This document shows, piece by piece, positions 55,967 to 64,000 of a DNA stretch of 64,000 bases. This DNA comes from Eledone cirrhosa (lineage: Eukaryota), in the NCBI GenBank assembly GCA_964016885.1, contig OZ024759.1, positions 20,150,001 to 20,214,000 of the forward strand, written 5' to 3'. The notes under the pieces were generated by a model. The model saw only the letters and a list, made by a program, of their open reading frames with translations. It did no database searches and was not told where the DNA came from. The position numbers and the translations under genes were made by a program. The first letter of the stretch is position 1. Each line of letters starts with the position of its first letter.

Positions 55967-57216
55967 GTACATACATATACAGAGAGGTGGAGAGAGAGAG
56001 AGAGATAACTGAAGGTAAATAACACCACCACCCCTCCTCTCCCTCCTACCACCACCTCCACCCTCCACTGACTCCCCTCCCTCTATTCAGTAGTATTGCA
56101 TGTGTGACAGTAAGATTGCATGCCGTGCAATCGGTGCACCAAAGGGGTCTTGGTAATGTTAACAATGGCGTCTTAATTAGGGAAAACGTAAAATATTGTA
56201 GCTTTTAATGAAGGTGTGGAGTAGTGGTGGTGGTGGTGGTGTGGTAGTGTAGTGGTGTGGTAGTGGTGGTGGTGGTAGTGTAGTGGTGGTGGTGTGGTGT
56301 AGTGGTGGTGGTCGTAGTGGTGGTCGTGGTGTGGTGGTAGTGGTGGTGGTAGTGTAGTGGTGGTGGTGTGGTGTAGTGGTGGTGGTGGTGTGGTCGTAGT
56401 GGTGGTCGTGGTGTGGTGGTAGTGGTGTGGTGGTGGTGGTAGTGGTGTGGTGGTGTGGTAGTAGTGTAGTGGTGGTGGTGGTAGTGTGGTGGTGGTGGTA
56501 GTGGTGTGGTGTGGTGGTGTGGTGGTAGCAGTGTGGTGGTGGTGGTAGTAGTGTGGTGATGTGGAAGTGGTCGTGGTGGTGGTGGTGGTGTTGGTGGTAG
56601 TAGTGTGGTACTAGTGTACTAGTGTATGGTTGTAGTGGTGGTGGTGGTGGTGGTTGTAGTGGTGGTTGTAGTAGTGGTGGCGATGTTGTCATTTCCTTTT
56701 CAAATGTGTATTTTCAATTAATTAAAATATCTCATCCTTGATTCAAAAACAGACAAATAGATATCTAGACGGAGAGTGTGAGAGGGAGTGAAAGATAGAG
56801 ATAAAGAGAGGGAGTGAAAAAAAAATATATATATAGAGAGAGAGAGAAAGATGGAGTGAAAGATAGAGAAAGAAGAAGAAAAAGAGGAGGAGGAGAGAAA
56901 GAAGAAGAAACAGAGAGAGAGAAAGAGTAAGAAAGAGAGTAAAATGTCCAGGAAAATTATTCTGAAAATATTCAATAGTTATTGTTTATTAAATATCTAT
57001 TTAAGGAAGTTGTCTTTTAATCATGAGTTTGGTTTATTAATTCTTCTCTATCATTTATTCATAATAATCTATTAATATTAATTGTAATATATTAGTTTAT
57101 AATCTTATTGGGTTTTCAGTCTAATGAATACTCTATATTCTGTAGAAAAAACCAACAAACAAACACAAACAATAAACAATAGTCTTCTATTAGAAAGATA
57201 TGTATGTATGTATGTA

Positions 57217-58400
57217 GGGTCACTCTTGAGTGCTACTGGTAACATGTAACCCAGTACAACCTGCCGCATGGTCGGGTTGTCGGCGACTAAACCGGCAACC
57301 CCACCAAGTTTACTTGGTGAGAAGGGTGATTTTGGACACTCTGCAGGACAAAAAACAAAACCTGACAAAGGGCAGAAGAAGTCATAAGAGTCAACGGCCA
57401 TCCAAAAGTGTGTAAATATGTATATACACATGTACTGCGCGGTTAAACCACTGGGAGTGAAGGACCCCTAGCCTTTGTCAGGGCATTCTTCTAGGAGAAC
57501 GCAACTCGGGAAACTGGGATAACTCCGATATAAAACCTGCGGCTCAGTAGTTACCGATGATGTTGATCTTTTCTTCTTTTCGGGTTATAGCTACTGTCGC
57601 TCAGAGAGTGGGATTGGCTCAGTGCACAGTCTTTCCTCACTTAAAAAATAACTTCATGCACATGCATTGCACGATAAAATTAATTAATAATTATTAATAA
57701 TGATATATCGTGCAATGGCCATACTCGATAACGAGGGGGCAGCCATCATGTATGTATGTATCAAGTCGCTCTCAAGTGCTACTGGTAACATGTAATCCAG
57801 TACAAACTGTCTCATGGTCAGGTAGTTGGCAACTAAACTGGCTACCCCACCAAGCTTGCTTGGTGAGGACGGCGATATTTGGAGACCCTGCAGGATGAAA
57901 TACAAGACCTGACAAAGGACGGAGGAACTCAGCAGAGTCAATGACCATCCAAATAGTACTTTTTTTTTTTTACCTGGGAGTGAAAGGCCCCTACTTGTTA
58001 TCGCAACACCTTTCTAAGAGAGGGAAACTGAAAAAAAACCTGCAGCTTCGAAAGCATCCGATGATGTTAGCCAGTTCTCCTTTTCAGGTAGCGTTTTTAA
58101 TGCTCAGAGAGTGGTATTGGTCAAGTGCAAGGCCTTTCCCCACTTAAAAAACCTTCAAAGCACAGGCATTGCTTGTTCAGGATATGTTACAGGTTTGTGT
58201 GTCTGACCATAGCCTAAAAGTGCACCAAACTCTTTAATCTGACAAGCGATTACAGTACTCTTAGCAGAGTTTGCAGCCATCATGTATGTATGTATGTCAT
58301 CTTGCAGGGTGTCCAAATATCACCCTCCTCACCAAGTAAGTTTGGTGGGGTTGCCGGTTTAGTCGCCGACGACCCAACAATGAGACTTAGTTGTACTGAG
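57217..58400 (+). mobile_element. Tandem pair plus inverted partial copy of a short interspersed element with (ATGT)n tail, probably RTE-derived and non-autonomous
   Basis: Copies 57217-57760 and 57761-58296 share ctcttgagtgctactggtaacatgtaa...gctcagagagtgg...cacttaaaaa and end gcagccatcatgtatgtatg. An inverted head lies at 58303-58400 and another minus-strand copy at 453-645. Confidence 0.7.
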
Positions 58401-58515
58401 TTTGGTGTGCCCTGAATGTGGAAAGATTTGTTTGAGCAAATCTGGTCTCAGGAGCCACAGTTACAGCCATGTTCAGAAAGAACCAATGAACTATAATCTC
58501 CACGGTATTGTGAGG
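58400..58515 (+). mobile_element. LINE C-terminal C2H2 zinc-finger fragment (RTE-like)
   Basis: VCPECGKICLSKSGLRSHSYSH; isolated, without good splice context, and next to RTE-like short elements. Confidence 0.5.
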
Positions 58516-59593
58516 GTTCACAGGCAACCTGATGCAAGACCTTATATTTGGGGAGGGTCATGTTGTTATATTGCCAGAAATATATAATAAAACACACTCA
58601 CTCTTTGGTTTGGGTTAGTTTTCACTTGAGTATATTTTATATTTCTAATTAATTCAGCTGTCAATCAATGTTTAACATTGATTGACCAACAGTTAAAAAT
58701 ATATAGATATAGTATCTCAGAGTTCTTTCGTCACACACCTCTGACATCATCAATGTCATTATTGTTTCAGAACAAGTTTTAAACGAGTTAGACTGTTACT
58801 CAACAGAGTACTCAATACTTGGGATAATAGAGTATGACTATATTAGATAGATTTTGGGCTGAGAGTGGTTGTGGTGGCAGTGGTGATAGTAATGATGATG
58901 ATGATGGTGGTGGTGGTGGTGATGATAATGATGATGGTGGGAAGAGCCAGTAGCTGTGGTGCTGGTAATAACGATGATGATGATGATGATGGCCCTAATG
59001 ATGATGATAATGATGATGATGGCCCTAACGATGATGATGATGATGATGGTGGCCCTAATGATGATGATACACACTTTTCGCTATCCCACACTGACAAAAA
59101 TACAGATAGATATCATCCATGCTATATCTATAACGCTATCTTATACTAATATCGCATGGCATATAGCATATCTACCCCCCCCCTCTCTCTCTCTCTCGCC
59201 CCTCCCTCCCTCCTCCCCTACCTGCTTCAAGTAATATCGTCATATCTTCGATATCATGATATCCCTTCACAGCATCATCCTATTTTCAAAAATATTTATA
59301 TCACGGCATTATATCTTGAAGCCTGTTCCCTCACTGCTGTCAATGTGGGTGTATATATCTGTATTGTGTTTGTTATATGGGTGTACATGTGTTTCTGTAT
59401 GTGTATGTGTCACATGTGTATGTGTATTGATCATGTGTATGCGTATGCGTATGCGTGCGTGGTGTGTGTGGTGTGTGTGTGTGGTGTGTGTGTGTGTGGT
59501 TTGTGCCTGTATGAGTGTAAGTAAGCGAGTGTGTGTGTGTGTGTGTATGTGATGTGTCTGTGATGTGTATATATATATATATATATACATATT

Positions 59594-59624
<31 letters not shown>

Positions 59625-59845
59625 ATACATATATACTCAAATATATGCATATGAACATATGTAAATATATATTTTGATTAACACATTATATATATATAAT
59701 ATATGTATATATATATATATATATGTACATATATATGTATGTTTATATGTATGTATATATATATATATATATGTATGTATATATATATGTATGTATATAT
59801 ATATATGTATGTATATATATATATGTATGTATATATATATATATG

Positions 59846-59891
<46 letters not shown>

Positions 59892-59951
59892 TGTATGTGT
59901 ATATATATATATATATATAGATATATATATATGTATGTATATATATATACG

Positions 59952-60000
<49 letters not shown>

Positions 60001-60406
60001 ATGTGTGTATATATATATATATGTGTGTATATATATATATATGTGTGTGTATATGTATATGTGTGTATATATATATATATGTGTGTATATATATATATAT
60101 GTGTGTGTATATATATATGTGTGTATATATATATATATACATACATATATATATATATGCATATATATATACATATATATATATGCATATATATATACAT
60201 ATATATATAAACATATATACATATATATATACACATATATATATGCATATATACATATATATATATAACCATATATATGTATATATATATATATACATAT
60301 AGAATGTGTTAATCAGAATATATATTTACACATGCGTTCATATCCATATATTTGAGTATATATATATATTTATATATATATCACAGAAACATATCAGACA
60401 CACACA

Positions 60407-60448
<42 letters not shown>

Positions 60449-60558
60449 CATATATATATAATGTGTTAATCAGAATATATATTTACATATGCGTTGATAT
60501 GCATATATTTGAATATCAATCTCCACACACACCTATGCGCATACATATAAATATATAC

Positions 60559-60612
<54 letters not shown>

Positions 60613-60766
60613 ACATATATATATATATATATATACATATATACATTCATATATATATATATGTATGCATTTTATATATATATATATATATATGTATTTC
60701 ATATATATATATATATACACACACACACATTTCATATATATATATATATACACACACACACATTTC

Positions 60767-60803
<37 letters not shown>

Positions 60804-61369
60804 TATTTCATATATATCTCAAAGTGGTTTGAGCGGTATATATCTCTTTGAAGTATTGTGTATATATAAAGTTGAAGAGAAATTTGAAAGCCTCAAATGA
60901 CACGGAAGCTAGGAATGGTGTAGAATACAATTTTGAATAAAACAACTCTCTATTGTCTCTCTTCTATTATGTTTGTATGTGAAAGATTCTTTTCAAATGC
61001 TACATTGGAACACAGACACACAGGAAAAAACAATTAATTATTAATGATAATGAGTGTTCCATTCCTTTCTTCTTCTTGTTTCTTTTCATTCTACTCGTTA
61101 CAGGTGTAATTTTAATTAATTGCAATTTATTTCAGTGTGTATATATGTGTGTGTGTGAGTGAGTGAGTGTGTGAATGTGTGTGTGGAGGTTTTGGTATGT
61201 TGCTGTATAAAAAAAAAAGGTAGAGAGACCCCTCTTCTGTCATGAATGACCATGGAATTTGCATCTAGGAAGTTCCCCTGCGAGGTACAAGTCCAGGAAA
61301 GGTTTGTTTGTGGAAGACCAGTGGTCACCCATGTAAACTAATCTCCCCTCTCCACATCACTTCACTGAT

Positions 61370-61885
61370 GATGTCCAAGACAAAGACAATGGCTGATACA
61401 GCTTGGCACCTGTGATGTCACAACTCATATATACATTATATATATATTATATATACTTTGTATAGTATATATACACTATGTCTGTTGTCCAAGGGAAAGG
61501 CTATGGTTGATACAGCTTGGCACCAGTGACATCTCAACTCATATATACACTATATATATTATATATACACTTTGTACAGTATATATATACACTATGTATG
61601 TTGTCCAAGGGAAAGACAATGGCTGATACAGCTTGGCACCAGTGACATCTCAACTCATATATACACTATATATATTATATATACACTTTGTACAGTATAT
61701 ATACACTATGTATATTGTCCAAGGGAAAGGCTATGGTTGATACATCTTGGCACCAGTGACATCTCAACTCATATATACACTATATATATTATATATACAC
61801 TTTGTACAGTATATATACACTATGTATATTGTCCAAGGGAAAGGCTATGGTTGATACAGCTTGGCACCAGTTATGTGACAACATA
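61370..61885. repeat. ~115-bp tandem array amplified from SINE C plus its TA-rich flank
   Basis: gtccaag(g/a)...gatacagcttggcacc recurs at about 61374, 61487, 61603, 61717 and 61831. Confidence 0.88.
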
Positions 61886-62040
61886 TATATATATATTCTA
61901 TGTAGTGTATATATATATATAGTAAGTCTATAATATATATATATATATATAGTTATGTAATAAACAACTTATGTTGTTTATTACATAACTATTAGGCTCT
62001 GTAACCTACATAGAGCACTCTTTTTTCCTGGAATTCATTT

Positions 62041-62081
<41 letters not shown>

Positions 62082-63089
62082 CATAAGGAAACAACACATC
62101 TCAGACCGGGTGATGTGTTGTTTCCTTGAGCAAGACACTTTATTTCACATTGCTCCAGTTTACTCAGCTGTAGAAATGAGATGATAGGGACTGGGGTCCC
62201 TATTGAGATGATAGGGACTGGGGTCCCTATCATTCCACTGCAAAGTGGTCGTGGAGGTGCCATGGCAAAAAAGCACCCAGCACTCACTGTAAATGAGGTT
62301 GGTGTTAGGAAGGGCATCCAGCTGTAGAAATCAGGCCAGAATCAGTTCCCGTCCCACCCTTGCAAGCAGGGAAAAGCGGACGTAAAATGAAATGATGATG
62401 ATGATGATGATATATACCTTTCCAACGGAATTACTTCATTTACACACACATATATATACATATACAAAGTGTTAAAACGATCAAATTCTAGTTTAGAACA
62501 TTTATTTGCTGACAATTGTTTATAGGTGTATTAAACATATATAAATATAAATATCCTTATTACTATATATGGCCATTTATACTCTAGTTCAAATCCTGCC
62601 GAGGTTAAGCTTTGCCTTTCATCCTTACGGGGTCGATAAAATAAAGTTCCAGTAATGCACTGGGGTAATTGCTGGCCTTGTGCCAAAAGTAGAAACAGTT
62701 ATTATTATTGAGGACAGTAGATTATTGAGATCAGTAGAGCGTCAGACAAAATGCTAAGCAGTATTAGTGGTGTTGTTGGTGTTGTTGTTGGTGTTGGTGG
62801 TGTTGGTGGTGGTGATGTTGGTGGTGGTGTTGGTGGTGGTGTTGGTGTTGGTGGTGTTGGTGTTAAGACCTATGTTTTGATTTCAAATCCCACTGAGATC
62901 AACTTTGCCTTTCATCCCTATGGGGTCGATAACATAAAGTACCAGTAATGCACTGGGGTCAATTTAATCAACTTTCCCCCCGTCCCCACCAAAAATATTG
63001 TTGACATTATGTCTAAATAAGGAACCATCATCCATCATCCATCATCATCATCATCTTACCCCCATCTCTTACTCTCTCTCTCTCTACAG

Positions 63090-63279
63090 CCCTCACCTAT
63101 ATAGGTGTCTGGAATGACTCAGTAAAAGCCTGTCTCTCATTAGCAAGACATGATACCAGCCACCACGCAGTCAGGATTGAAGCCTGCCACAGTCTAGCAT
63201 CATTCAGTGAGAAGGTTCCAGAAGCTGCCAAACTTCTCCAAGAACAGCTCCTCTCAGAGACTGATCCAGTGATCCAAAG
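63090..63279 (+). CDS. HEATR4: Next coding exon of the HEATR4-like gene
   Basis: Polypyrimidine acceptor ctctctctctctacAG (63088-89) and donor AG|GTGAGT (63280). The 190-bp exon is phase 1/2 and joins the previous exon as G|CC=Ala, giving ALTYIGVWNDSVKACLSLARHDTSHHAVRIEACHSLASFSEKVPEAAKLLQEQLLSETDPVIQ with no stop. It continues the recalled HEATR4 match (ALGQIG...VRLEACRS). Not in the ORF track. Confidence 0.85.
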
Positions 63280-64000
63280 GTGAGTGTTTTCATATTGCTT
63301 ATGTTGGTCCATATTATTGGTGGTGGCGGTGGTGGTGGTGGCGGTGTTATTGGTAGTATTGGTGTTGTTGTTGTTGTTGTTGGTCGTATTTTTGGTAGTG
63401 TTGATGTTGTTGGTGGTGTTGGTGGTGTTGTTGGTGGTGTTGGTGTGGTTGGTGGTGTTACTGTGGTTGGTGTGGTTGGTGATGTTGTTGGTGGTGTTGT
63501 TGTTGGTGTTGGTGGTGTTGGTGGTGTTGTTGGTGGTGTTACTGTGGTTGGTGGTGTGCTGTGGTTGGTGGTGTTGGTGGTGTTGTTGGTGGTGTTGTTG
63601 GTGTGGTTGGTGGTGTTACTGTGGTTGGTGTGGTTGGTGATGTTGTTGGTGGTGTTGTTGGTGGTGTTGGTGGTGTTGGTGGTGTGGTTAGTGGTGTTAC
63701 TGTGGTTGGTGGTGTTGCTGGTGTTGTTGGTGGTGTTACTGTGGTTGGTGGTGTGCTGTGGTTGGTGGTGTTGGTGGTGTTGTTGGTGGTGTTGTTGGTG
63801 TGGTTGGTGGTGTTACTGTGGTTGGTGGTGGTGCCGTGGTGTGGTTGGTGGTGTTATTGGTGTGGTTGGTGGTGTTGTTGGTGTTGTTGGTGGTGTTACT
63901 GTGGTTGGTGGTGTGCTGTGGTTGGTGGTGTTACTGTGGTTGGTGGTGTGCTGTGGTTGGTGGTGTTGGTGGTGTTGTTGGTGGTGTTGTTGGTGTGGTT

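Overview
Eukaryotic, extremely microsatellite- and transposon-rich DNA. The repeat landscape (MetaSINE-like and V/RTE-tailed tRNA-SINEs, dense (TA)n/(CA)n/(CAC)n/(GAT)n tracts) suggests a cephalopod such as Octopus, which is an inference. Almost all ORFs in the track are artefacts of simple repeats or antisense SINEs. The only host coding sequence I can support is two plus-strand exons (17340-17525 and 63090-63279) of a HEAT-repeat gene resembling HEATR4; they splice in phase across a 45,564-bp intron. The rest is probably intronic. It holds three tRNA-derived SINE families, RTE, CR1 and CRE/RLE LINE fragments, piggyBac-like MITEs, a dead full-length DD37D (maT) Tc1/mariner element, and several minisatellite/satellite arrays. 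The most interesting signal is a set of at least five small (TA)n-embedded AT-rich cassettes carrying type I hammerhead-ribozyme cores (CUGANGA...GAAA with pairing stems I and II and a short, mostly self-complementary stem III), resembling Penelope-like/retrozyme-type elements. One sits on both arms of a near-perfect 399-bp palindrome. Fold-back inverted duplications recur across many unrelated repeats, and a unique island upstream of the first exon seen carries a double RFX X-box-like motif.
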